Assembly (NCBI GenBank): GCA_016186945.1
Contig: JACPKR010000072.1
Coordinates: forward strand, 15,143 to 79,142
Reading direction: 5' to 3'
From: Deltaproteobacteria bacterium
GTDB taxonomy: Bacteria; Bdellovibrionota_B; Oligoflexia; Oligoflexales; Bog-1112
DNA: 64,000 nt
Shown here: positions 17,464-26,331 of the stretch, piece by piece
Layout of the letters: every line of letters begins with the position of its first letter
Numbering within the stretch: position 1 is the stretch's first letter
Notes under the pieces: model-generated
The model's input: only the letters and a program-made list of their open reading frames with translations
Told to the model about the DNA's origin: nothing
Database searches by the model: none
Translations under genes and position numbers: made by a program

Positions 17464-19083
17464 ATGCACAAAAAATATGCATTGATTTTAGCCATGATTG
17501 TATCACAGTTTCCAATTGGATTATATGGTACAGCTACCATAAAATGGTGTAATACAATACAGGGTGAAATAAGAGAAGGAGGTGCCTTTGGAGACGCAAC
17601 TGGACTTCTGGTGTTGACTTCCGGTAATTTAAAGGGTTTAGCATGTTGGCTAGAGCGCTTCCCAGATGGAGCAACAATCGGTACAGATATTTTCCTACGT
17701 GATAGTGCCGGTGTAAAATATGAACTTTCTGGCCACGGTAGCGATATAGCGACCGGATGGTACCTTAAGAGTCTTGTAGAGCTGCCCGGTCTGGCAGGGA
17801 GACAGGTAAACTTCTGCACAGAAAACACGGCGCCTGAAAAACGCTATCTTATTACTAGGTTGTTTATCGGAGGAAAAACGGTTGCACACGTAAAACCGGG
17901 TGCAATTGTCATTAATTATGAATACCCTCAGGGTAAGAAGCATAAGTTTAATTTCTCCGTTCAAGATGGCGAAAATATTCTCATCACGCCAACAAATTTA
18001 TCCGGAGGTATTGCTGTTTATTTAACAAAAACATCTCTCAAAAAGGCTTCGTGTTTTGATAAGGATCTTTTAAAGGACGCAAAAATTCGTTTTGTGAATT
18101 ATATCACGGTAAAGAACCAGACACATCAGAACTTGACTATTAAATTCGCTCCTAGTGGCGTTACAAAGGAGCTAAAAATTGATCCTGCACCTCATGATGG
18201 ACTTACAACGAATAAAGAAATCGAGCTATCTAAACCGCCGACATCAATCAGTTGGGCATCTGATGATGAAAAAATTCAAGGCACCAGTTCAATTGATGAT
18301 CGCTTCTATGAAAAATCCAAAGGCATTGTCACCATTGCGGGTAAAGGAATGACGATTGGCGAAGAACCATCAAAAACAGAATTGGTCACCATCTCAAATG
18401 CAACATTTGAACCGCTTAATATAGTTCTTACAACGGATTCAATTATTCGTCCATTTCAACTCAAACCACTAGATACAACAACGGTTAAGTATATTGGTGT
18501 ACCGCAACTCATAGCTTGGGCAACACCATCAGGTAAAACCAAGGGTGAGAGACAATGGGAACACGAGGAAGATGTCACAATAGGTTTTGGAAATCTCATT
18601 ACATATGATAAACCACTTAAGTTAACGTCACAACTAATATTCAACAGTAACAACCAAGGGATTGTAGTCACCTTAAAAACTCAACTGGGACAAGAGTATG
18701 AATCCGCTATTCCGGCTCAAAAAACAATCATGATAAAAGCGTCTACCACCGATCAAATCACAAGTTTTGAGTGGCGCGCTGATGACAATAGCTTCACGGG
18801 AAAGCTCAATGAAGAACAACTTCAAAAACCAAAAATCGATATCCGGGATTCAACAGTCACCACACCATTAATTACTCAACTTACAGCAGATGAAATTATG
18901 GCGCTGGCCCCTGCTGGACGATCCTGTTCAGCAAGACTAAGCGGAACATTACTTTGGGGGTACTGCGATAAAAGGATGCCAGATAATATATTTTATAGCC
19001 TTTATACATCAATTGATATAGCTCAATGCCCGGAGCCAGCTGCAATTGAAAATAGGAACGGAACCTTAACGTGTCTTAAATAA
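17464..19083 (+). CDS. Secreted protein with about 3 beta-sandwich-like repeats and a C-terminal cyanovirin-N (CVNH)-like module
   Basis: Signal peptide; repeats ITVKNQT/VTISNAT/LIFNSN each followed by an xW motif; C-terminus SCSARLSGTLLWGYC…TSIDIAQC…IENRNGTLTC. Confidence 0.7.
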   Translation: MHKKYALILAMIVSQFPIGLYGTATIKWCNTIQGEIREGGAFGDATGLLVLTSGNLKGLACWLERFPDGATIGTDIFLRDSAGVKYELSGHGSDIATGWYLKSLVELPGLAGRQVNFCTENTAPEKRYLITRLFIGGKTVAHVKPGAIVINYEYPQGKKHKFNFSVQDGENILITPTNLSGGIAVYLTKTSLKKASCFDKDLLKDAKIRFVNYITVKNQTHQNLTIKFAPSGVTKELKIDPAPHDGLTTNKEIELSKPPTSISWASDDEKIQGTSSIDDRFYEKSKGIVTIAGKGMTIGEEPSKTELVTISNATFEPLNIVLTTDSIIRPFQLKPLDTTTVKYIGVPQLIAWATPSGKTKGERQWEHEEDVTIGFGNLITYDKPLKLTSQLIFNSNNQGIVVTLKTQLGQEYESAIPAQKTIMIKASTTDQITSFEWRADDNSFTGKLNEEQLQKPKIDIRDSTVTTPLITQLTADEIMALAPAGRSCSARLSGTLLWGYCDKRMPDNIFYSLYTSIDIAQCPEPAAIENRNGTLTCLK

Positions 19084-19124
19084 ACTAACCCATAAAACAA
19101 AAACATCCAATTGTTTGAATTGAA

Positions 19125-19154
19125 ACAGGTCATGAATCAACATTTGTGACCTGT
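19125..19154. terminator. Hairpin between convergent genes
   Basis: ACAGGTCATGAAT-CAAC-ATTTGTGACCTGT followed by a T-rich tract. Confidence 0.55.
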
Positions 19155-19166
19155 CTTGTTTGATCC

Positions 19167-21518
19167 CTACTTAGTCTTGAACATGGAAGTGAAGGAAGAA
19201 GTCATCGGGTTGCTCGCAAGATCCTTGACCCCTTGTGTCACGGTAACTGTATAGGTGCTATTCCTTTTTAATGCAGAAAGTGGGGTGAACGTTGCTACTT
19301 TGTTAGTATAGCCTACTGTTCCAGAAATAGAAGTGTTTGCAAGTTTAAGCTGGATCGTCCCGGTATTGATCGTGTTTGGATTCATGTCTTCAGAAAATGC
19401 AATGAGAATTTTAGTTGAAGTCGCAACAGACACAGTATTGTCAGCTGGGGAGATAGATTGTACAAAAGGAGGCGTCGTATCAGCCTCTACCCCTGTTGTG
19501 AACGTCCAACTATAGTCGTTGAGCATTGAGTTCCCTGATAAATCACGAACCGTATTGCGAATACTTGCGGTATAGGTTACTGAAAAATTTAGATTCGCCG
19601 AAGGGGTAAATATAGCAGTTCGACTTGAGTAGCTAACTATGCCACTGATGGCATTTGAATTCAGATCTTTCAGGGTAAAGCTTAAAGTATTTACAGTCGA
19701 CGGCGCCATATCTTCGGAAAACACTGCTAATATTTTTGTATTCACATCGACATTGCTTTGATTTCCAAGGGGAACTGTCGATACGAGTTCGGGACGGGTG
19801 GTGTCCGGAGCTGCCCCTGTGGTAAAACTCCAAACAAAGTCGTTGGCTAAGGCATTCCCGGAAAGATCTAAAATTCCCTCCTTTAAAGTGCACTCATAAG
19901 TTGTTGAGTAGGAAAGTGCTTCGGAGGGCGTGAAAATTGCACTTCGGCCGAAAGCTGAGACGACGCCATTAACCGTTTTCTGATTAGATTTTTCTTTCAA
20001 ATAGAACGTAATGGGAGTCACGGAAGTTGGTGTAATATTTTCGCTAAACGTGGCAGTTACCTTCGTAATGGTGGAAACTTGCAAGGCGTCAGGTTCAGGA
20101 GCCGTTAGACTCACTTCTGGTGGAGTACTGTCAACCGTCGATGCCGTTGTAAATGACCAACTATAGTCCGACTCTAGTTCATTGCCGTTTAAATCTTTAA
20201 CGCTTCTTAGAATGGTTACCTTGTATTTTGTTTCCGGATCCAAGTTGAAAAGAGGTGAAAACACCGAAGTCCGTCCTGTATTTGTAATTGTTCCTATAAC
20301 GAGAACGCCGTTGGCTTTTTCAACTAGAAAGCTTGCCGATGTTAAAGACGACGCCAACATAGGTTCTGTAAACGTGACGGAAAATTTGCTGCTGATAGAA
20401 ACATCTGTCGCTGAGATACCTGGTGCATGATTAGATACTTGAGGAGCGGTCAAATCTTGTTGAGCACTCGTCGTAAATTCCCAAATGTAGTCAGACTCGA
20501 GAGTATTCCCCGCAAGATCACTGACCGAACTTAGGATATGGGCAGTTATACGGCTATCTTCAGGAAGTAAGTCCAACGGTGTAAACGTAGCGACTCTTCC
20601 TAAAACACTGACGTTACCCACAAGTCGACGTGATGAGGAATCTGTTAGAAAAAACTCGTAGGTCGTCAGAGTTCTTATATCGACGACTTCGGAAAATGTC
20701 ACGGAGACCTTTCCATTGATCGGAACATCTTTACTTTGCGGAAGCGGGGTCACGGAACTAACAACGGGGCGCGTGGTATCAGACTCACTTTGGGTTGTAA
20801 AACTCCACTGATAAGAACCGACCATAGCGTTTCCCCGCAAGTCTTTAACTCGAGAAATGCTTGCAGTATATGTAACACCAATTTGTAAGACTGAAGTTGG
20901 TGTAAAAATAACCGTTCTTCCCAGTTGTTCTGTTTGACCACTGATCAAACTACCGTCGGCGGATACCAGGTTTACAACACCAGAACTAATTGAAAATGGG
21001 TCAATCGACTCTGTAAATACGACAGAGATCTTTGTGTTAGTAGCAACGTTTTTGGCTTGATTGATTGGTGTTACGGAGCTGACCTTAGGGGGTGTAGTGT
21101 CACTCTGTTCTCCCGTTGTAAATTTCCAAGTATAGTCCTTAACCAAAGTCTTGCCGGAAAGGTTCCTTACTGACTTTTTGACTAGGGCATGAAATTCTCG
21201 TGAAGGAGTGAGTCCAAAAGAAGGAGAAAAGAGTGCAGTATTTCCACTGGAACTCACTTGACCAGCAATTTGTAGCTGAGTCTTGGTATCAAATAAGGTA
21301 AACGAGGTACTTGAAATCGTAGTCGAGACGATCCTTGTCGAGAACACAATCGACAGCTTAGTATTGGTGGCAATATTCGTTGAATTATTTCCTGGGCTGG
21401 TTGAAGACACATAAAGTGTACGTAAGTCCTCTATAGCGCCATCCCCGTCTTTTGCCCCACAGGCACTGAGGGCTAATAGCCCTAGTGTGAAGCCTGCCCA
21501 ACTTAGCTTGATCGTCAA
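19167..21518 (-). CDS. Lipoprotein with seven tandem Big_5 (SbsA Ig-like) domains
   Basis: Lipobox LSAC; seven repeats of DxTxPxV…FxP…DLxGN…YxWxFTT. Confidence 0.9.
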   Translation of the reverse strand: MTIKLSWAGFTLGLLALSACGAKDGDGAIEDLRTLYVSSTSPGNNSTNIATNTKLSIVFSTRIVSTTISSTSFTLFDTKTQLQIAGQVSSSGNTALFSPSFGLTPSREFHALVKKSVRNLSGKTLVKDYTWKFTTGEQSDTTPPKVSSVTPINQAKNVATNTKISVVFTESIDPFSISSGVVNLVSADGSLISGQTEQLGRTVIFTPTSVLQIGVTYTASISRVKDLRGNAMVGSYQWSFTTQSESDTTRPVVSSVTPLPQSKDVPINGKVSVTFSEVVDIRTLTTYEFFLTDSSSRRLVGNVSVLGRVATFTPLDLLPEDSRITAHILSSVSDLAGNTLESDYIWEFTTSAQQDLTAPQVSNHAPGISATDVSISSKFSVTFTEPMLASSLTSASFLVEKANGVLVIGTITNTGRTSVFSPLFNLDPETKYKVTILRSVKDLNGNELESDYSWSFTTASTVDSTPPEVSLTAPEPDALQVSTITKVTATFSENITPTSVTPITFYLKEKSNQKTVNGVVSAFGRSAIFTPSEALSYSTTYECTLKEGILDLSGNALANDFVWSFTTGAAPDTTRPELVSTVPLGNQSNVDVNTKILAVFSEDMAPSTVNTLSFTLKDLNSNAISGIVSYSSRTAIFTPSANLNFSVTYTASIRNTVRDLSGNSMLNDYSWTFTTGVEADTTPPFVQSISPADNTVSVATSTKILIAFSEDMNPNTINTGTIQLKLANTSISGTVGYTNKVATFTPLSALKRNSTYTVTVTQGVKDLASNPMTSSFTSMFKTK

Positions 21519-21790
21519 AGTCCGATGATCCTCCGCGATTCCATCTTTCGGATCGGAGGAACGAACCTAAAACTTAAAGGACATGGGCGTTGTTGCATAA
21601 TCAAGGCATAGAGCAATAAGCGCTCCAGGTCGTCGGGCTGTCGTAGAGAGATACCGCTGATACAGCTCACCTCTATTTGTGGGTCGATTTCAGTACAAAA
21701 GTAATTTAGTTTGGCAAGGTTAGAAAAGACGGCGGCCCTGATGGTCGTGGCGTGGGATTTTATAAACACAGCGACAATTCACATAAGAAC

Positions 21791-22912
21791 TTACAAAAAT
21801 AATCCTGACAAAAATCTTGTTACGTCTAATATTTTTATTCCATTTTTTTCGTGTTCATGTCGCACCAATTTGACCAATTGAATTGCCGGATATTGATATT
21901 TTTCATGAAAATGAATGAGTGCTCGGCTGGGTGTACTGTCAGACAATTTTACTTCTATGATACTCTCGATTTTTTCTTGGCGAGTTAACGCAAAATCCAC
22001 TTCCATCCCGTCCTTTGTGCGCAAGTAGTGTAAGGCAGTTTCTTCAGCCTGATAATCGGTTAGGGCGTACGAGTGTTTGAGCAAGCTTACCGCAACGAGG
22101 TTTTCAAGCTTTGCCCCATCATCCCCTTGCACAAGTCCGGTGTCAAAAAAATATAACTTTGGCTCTTTTAATAAGCTGCGTGCAATATTTTTTGAGTAAG
22201 GGGTCACCCTAAAAATAACGAATAGGGCTTCTAAAACTTGAATATATTTTTTTATTGTTGTTGGCGATACAATAACATCCTCAGCCAGGGATTGGTAAGA
22301 AACTGGTGTGCCGACCCGACTTCTCAATAAATTGAAAACGAGTTGCATTGCTTTAAAATTGTAGATTTTGTCCATCTCAAAAACATCGGTGCTTAAAATA
22401 CTATTGATGTATTGCAATCGCCACCTATTGGCTTCCACTTCATTTTCTGCCAAATAAGGTTCAGGAAAGCCGCTACGTGAAATCAATCGGTCAAGAGCAA
22501 GAACCTCTGGTATCTGTGTAAGCTCTGCCAAAGAAAGGGGCAGCAATCGGTGACGAAAATATCGTCCCGCCAGAGAATCCCCTAGTTGATCGTAGATATC
22601 CAATCGTGCACTTCCGGTCACCAAGATGCGCATGGATTGGGACTTTGTGTCATAAACCCCTTTAAGATAATTTTTCCAATTTTCCATCTTATGGAGTTCA
22701 TCAAGGATCAAGAGATCCGTTGTCGGAAGCCAGGATTGTGCATTAATAATTTCGCGATCTAGAATTTGGTCATAATTAAGGTAAACGCTATTTTTGAACG
22801 CCAATGCAAGATCCTTAGCTAGCCAAGTTTTTCCTGCTTGGCGTGGCCCCACGAGAAGCACAATTTTCTTTTCCAAATCCTTAAGGATGGCCTGTTTTTG
22901 AATTCTCTTCAT
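21791..22912 (-). CDS. AAA_14 ATPase with DUF4143 domain (second paralog)
   Basis: GPRQAGKT, LILDELH, VTGSAR, DSLAGR, PKLYFFDTG and EVDF…IEVK. Confidence 0.92.
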   Translation of the reverse strand: MKRIQKQAILKDLEKKIVLLVGPRQAGKTWLAKDLALAFKNSVYLNYDQILDREIINAQSWLPTTDLLILDELHKMENWKNYLKGVYDTKSQSMRILVTGSARLDIYDQLGDSLAGRYFRHRLLPLSLAELTQIPEVLALDRLISRSGFPEPYLAENEVEANRWRLQYINSILSTDVFEMDKIYNFKAMQLVFNLLRSRVGTPVSYQSLAEDVIVSPTTIKKYIQVLEALFVIFRVTPYSKNIARSLLKEPKLYFFDTGLVQGDDGAKLENLVAVSLLKHSYALTDYQAEETALHYLRTKDGMEVDFALTRQEKIESIIEVKLSDSTPSRALIHFHEKYQYPAIQLVKLVRHEHEKNGIKILDVTRFLSGLFL

Positions 22913-22914
22913 TA

Positions 22915-22976
22915 GACTAAAATACATCATATTGGAGTAAAGTCAAGACTTTTCTCCAATTACGTGACGTTTAGTC
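22915..22976. promoter_or_regulatory. 62-bp inverted repeat (two 30-bp GACT…AGTC units) abutting the AAA-DUF4143 start
   Basis: Core ATTGGAGTAAAGTC-AA-GACTTTTCTCCAAT with outer GACTAAA/TTTAGTC arms. Confidence 0.6.
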
Positions 22977-23066
22977 GTAAACTTAGAAGTGAAATGATAT
23001 TCCCTTTGGGCTTGCTGATGATCACCTTCAATCAAAAATACAAAAATAATAGCGACTTAGCGTCTG

Positions 23067-23138
23067 TGAGCCGAATATCCACAGTATTCGGCTCAGAATA
23101 TCTGTATTTTTGAGCCGAATAGGGTTACAATCGGCTCA
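23067..23138. promoter_or_regulatory. Two palindromic operator-like sites upstream of the Fic gene
   Basis: TGAGCCGAATA-N7-TATTCGGCTCA (23067-95) and TGAGCCGA-N12-TCGGCTCA (23111-38). Confidence 0.7.
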
Positions 23139-23156
23139 ACAAGAAAAAGGGCGGCA

Positions 23157-24257
23157 ATGACGTACATATGGGAGAGAGATGATTGGCCGGAATTCAGGTG
23201 GGACTCTACATTAGTAGAAAAGCAGGTTTATGCTTATGTGAAGGAAGCGAGTTCTTTAATTGGTCAGGCTTCTCTTTTCACGAGTGAAAGAACAACAGAA
23301 GCGTTGGTCGATCTGATGGTCTCGGAGGCTGTTAAAACCTCTCAAATAGAAGGAGAGTTTTTCAGCAGGAAAGATGTACGGTCGTCCATACTCAATCAAT
23401 TGGGAATTAGAAAGACGATTGAACGCGTGCGTGATCCTGGCGCAGAAGGAGTTGCATCTCTTATGATTGCTGTTCGAGATCAATTTCGGGAGCCTTTGAC
23501 GGAACAACGATTATTCGAGTGGCATAGTTTGCTTATGTCAAGACCCATTGATAGAAAGCGCTTAGCTGTTGGGAAATGGAGGACATCAACGAAGTCCATG
23601 CGGATTATTTCGGGACCTATGGGTCGGAAAAAGGTCCACTATGAAGCACCGCCATCGCATCGGGTGCCGCGGGAGATGGAAACATTCATAGGCTGGTTTA
23701 ACGAAAGTAAGGACTTGAAAGGCCCTATACGAGCTGGAGTCGCCCACCTTTATTTTGAATGCATCCATCCCTTCGATGATGGTAATGGACGCATTGGACG
23801 TGCCTTATCTGAGACGGCTTTGTCTCAAGATTTAGGTTCCCCCGTGCTCCTTAGTCTATCCACAACGATCCAAGCACACCGGCGGAGTTATTATGATGAA
23901 CTGTCTAAGGCAAGTCGAGGGGATCTCGATATTACCGAGTGGCTGGTCTGGTTTACCCAAGTGATCTTGGACTCACAGTTGCAGGCTAAGGGACAGATTG
24001 AATTTGTTCTCAAGAAGGCTCGTTTTTGGGATCATCATGCTGAGCATATCAATAAGAGACAGGTCAAAGTGTTGCAAAGGATGTTCAAGGAGGGACCAAA
24101 GGGATTCTCTGGTGGCATCACCGCGCAAAAATATATGAAAATTGCCGCTTGCTCAAAAGCCACCGCTACGCGCGACTTAAGCGATTTGAATACAAAAGGC
24201 TGTTTGAAAAGACTTGCAAGCGGTGGTCGAAGTACGCATTATGAAATTAATCTATAG
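23157..24257 (+). CDS. Fic-family AMPylase with DUF4172 N-terminus and C-terminal winged HTH
   Basis: YIWERDDWPEFRWD; TSQIEG autoinhibitory motif; HPFDDGNGRIGR; SKATATRDL…GGRSTHY. Confidence 0.93.
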   Translation: MTYIWERDDWPEFRWDSTLVEKQVYAYVKEASSLIGQASLFTSERTTEALVDLMVSEAVKTSQIEGEFFSRKDVRSSILNQLGIRKTIERVRDPGAEGVASLMIAVRDQFREPLTEQRLFEWHSLLMSRPIDRKRLAVGKWRTSTKSMRIISGPMGRKKVHYEAPPSHRVPREMETFIGWFNESKDLKGPIRAGVAHLYFECIHPFDDGNGRIGRALSETALSQDLGSPVLLSLSTTIQAHRRSYYDELSKASRGDLDITEWLVWFTQVILDSQLQAKGQIEFVLKKARFWDHHAEHINKRQVKVLQRMFKEGPKGFSGGITAQKYMKIAACSKATATRDLSDLNTKGCLKRLASGGRSTHYEINL

Positions 24258-24362
24258 TATTTGAGAAAAAGAATTCGTGGAGAGGACCTTTTTTGAAAAA
24301 AAGTTCCCCTCCACACCTCCCCCCAAAAAACTTTAGATATTGAAGTTTTTGAAAAGGGGCTT
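24253..24362 (+). repeat. Dispersed REPIN/MITE-like repeat, copy 3 (right-truncated)
   Basis: Matches the 34179 copy with 2 substitutions, then breaks off after GGGGCTT. Confidence 0.95.
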
Positions 24363-26274
24363 ACTGCTGTAGTTTCTGGTATTCGATCTTCAGTTCCTCG
24401 TGCTCGATCTTCCTTGTATCCCAGTCCGCCCTCTTGGGGGGGAGAAAAACGTCAGCAGCATAGGCATCTAAATCTCCCTTATAGTCGGTCTGAAATCGCC
24501 GCCATTCTTCCAAGTCTTTCACAAAAACCATTGTTTCTGCTTCGCTGCCCCGAGTCTTTTCAAGCCACCTATCGAGTTCACTCTTCCGTGCAGGTGGTAA
24601 TGCGAACCCTGAGAAGTCCTTATTCGCTAGCTTAGCTTGCAGATAGGCAAGCTCTTCATTCACCACATTGGGTTCACCCTTGACCCTCTCGGAGAATATC
24701 CCAGCTCCCTTCAATCTGTCCTCAAGGGGCCCAAATTTTTTCATTAAGTTAAAGCGAAAGGAATCACCGATAGACAACTCAAGCCCATTCCTAACAGCTT
24801 CTATATCCTTCGAGAAGAGGACTCCTCCGTTTTTATAGTAGGCTTCCAAACCCATGCTCAGTCTCGTATTTCTTTGGAGGTGATACGCAGAAAGCTGGGA
24901 AAAACTATCCACAGTGAGAGCTTCCCCATCACCGGTTCTTCCTGCATAGGCAGCACTCTCCTTCGAGACCGGTCCGTCTTTATCGAAGAAATTTCTGAAA
25001 GACCGATATTGCCTAAGCTCTTGTTCGGCAATGCGAACTGCATCCCCAAGCGTAGTCAACTGAGCCTGAAGATTGACGATCTCTTTCCATTTAACGGAAT
25101 CCATCCTCTTTGAAAGAGCGATCATGAAAGCATCCGCATCGCCCAATGATAATTTTGCATCTTTTTGCCTAAGCTGCGTGGTCAAATCTCCAAGTCTTCT
25201 TCCATCAGGCAAAAGTAGGGTTTCGTTGAACTTGGCAAGTCTGACACCCAATTCTTCTTGGATTCTCAAATAGTTTTCCAGTACGTCTAATTGCCGTGTC
25301 GGGGTGCCCGTAGGGAAGTTTAACCACTGCTGCTTGAACTTCTCAAATGCAACTCTAAAAGGGTTTGTTGGGCCGCAATATGCAGCATAATTTTCCAAAC
25401 GTTGGGCAAGGGGCTTAACTTCACTGTTTACCATTCCTTCAAAGGATGAACCTAAACTGCGTGCCTTCTCAGCGAGGGGTTTTTCTAGAAGAAGAATTCC
25501 TGCGCCCACGCTAGGTTTGCTGCTTCGGACCTCCACCTGTTTTGCTGTTTTGGGATCGGGGGCCTCTTTCGCCGGAGCTGGGGATTCGCTTGCCGGTGTT
25601 CGCTTCGGTGCTGGGACAATCACGCCTTGCGGAGGAACCCCGCCCTCAAAACGCACAGGCTCGTAGTTTGTGTCCAAATCTCTGAACCCTTGGGGAACGG
25701 GAAACTCTTCAGGAGCTAACTCCACAGTTCTTGTCCCCAGGTTTGAATTCTGCCGTACCCTTGGTAAATTAGGCGCTGATGAAATAACCCGTGGGCTTTC
25801 CCACATTCGACGCAGCTCATCTACGCGCACCCTGGCGGTAGTTTGGGGCTCAACACGTGGCGTAGGACTAGCAGGTCCTTCTTCGAACGCACGCGCCAAA
25901 GTTTTTACATTACCAAGAAGACCCAAGCCGGAACCTCCTTCCCATTCCCCTTCACCCTTTAACTCATCGCTGTAAACGTAGTATCGAATGAAACCGTCCT
26001 CCCCTACGTACTCCTTCATCGAATCGTCCATAGTCAAGTTAAGCACTGGTAGATAAATTTGCGTCAGGGGACGAGTGAAATCAAAAGCTTCCGCATTCTC
26101 TCTTGGATGAAGCGACCCTTCAAAGGGCTCCAACAAAAGCAAATCATTGCCCGGACTTGATGAGTTTGTTTGTGCTGCCTGGGTCAATTCTTGACTCGGG
26201 CTACGGTCATGTTTCTTGCAGGCTAAAATATTCAAAAGGACAATCGAGACCAAAAACTTCACCCAAGTATTCAT
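24361..26274 (-). CDS. Hypothetical lipoprotein, Pro-rich then helical/coiled-coil; possibly C-terminally truncated
   Basis: MNTWVKFLVSIVLLNILAC lipoprotein signal; GSGLGLLG linker; stop codon overlaps the repeat. Confidence 0.7.
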   Translation of the reverse strand: MNTWVKFLVSIVLLNILACKKHDRSPSQELTQAAQTNSSSPGNDLLLLEPFEGSLHPRENAEAFDFTRPLTQIYLPVLNLTMDDSMKEYVGEDGFIRYYVYSDELKGEGEWEGGSGLGLLGNVKTLARAFEEGPASPTPRVEPQTTARVRVDELRRMWESPRVISSAPNLPRVRQNSNLGTRTVELAPEEFPVPQGFRDLDTNYEPVRFEGGVPPQGVIVPAPKRTPASESPAPAKEAPDPKTAKQVEVRSSKPSVGAGILLLEKPLAEKARSLGSSFEGMVNSEVKPLAQRLENYAAYCGPTNPFRVAFEKFKQQWLNFPTGTPTRQLDVLENYLRIQEELGVRLAKFNETLLLPDGRRLGDLTTQLRQKDAKLSLGDADAFMIALSKRMDSVKWKEIVNLQAQLTTLGDAVRIAEQELRQYRSFRNFFDKDGPVSKESAAYAGRTGDGEALTVDSFSQLSAYHLQRNTRLSMGLEAYYKNGGVLFSKDIEAVRNGLELSIGDSFRFNLMKKFGPLEDRLKGAGIFSERVKGEPNVVNEELAYLQAKLANKDFSGFALPPARKSELDRWLEKTRGSEAETMVFVKDLEEWRRFQTDYKGDLDAYAADVFLPPKRADWDTRKIEHEELKIEYQKLQQ

Positions 26275-26331
26275 TTTCAATCTCCAGATCGAGGGTGATC
26301 GTCGGGGCTGATGCAAGGTCATGGCCTCGTT

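Noticed and set aside
21529-21580. c-di-GMP-I riboswitch (GAAA-loop hairpin)
   Set aside because: Lacks the GGCAAA and GACGCAAAGC conserved segments
21515-21769. 84-aa ORF upstream of the Ig-like lipoprotein
   Set aside because: No motif or RBS recognised; more likely leader or decayed DNA
21765-21800. dif site (TTATGTGAATT XerD-like arm on the minus strand) explaining the skew flip
   Set aside because: No XerC arm at 6-bp spacing
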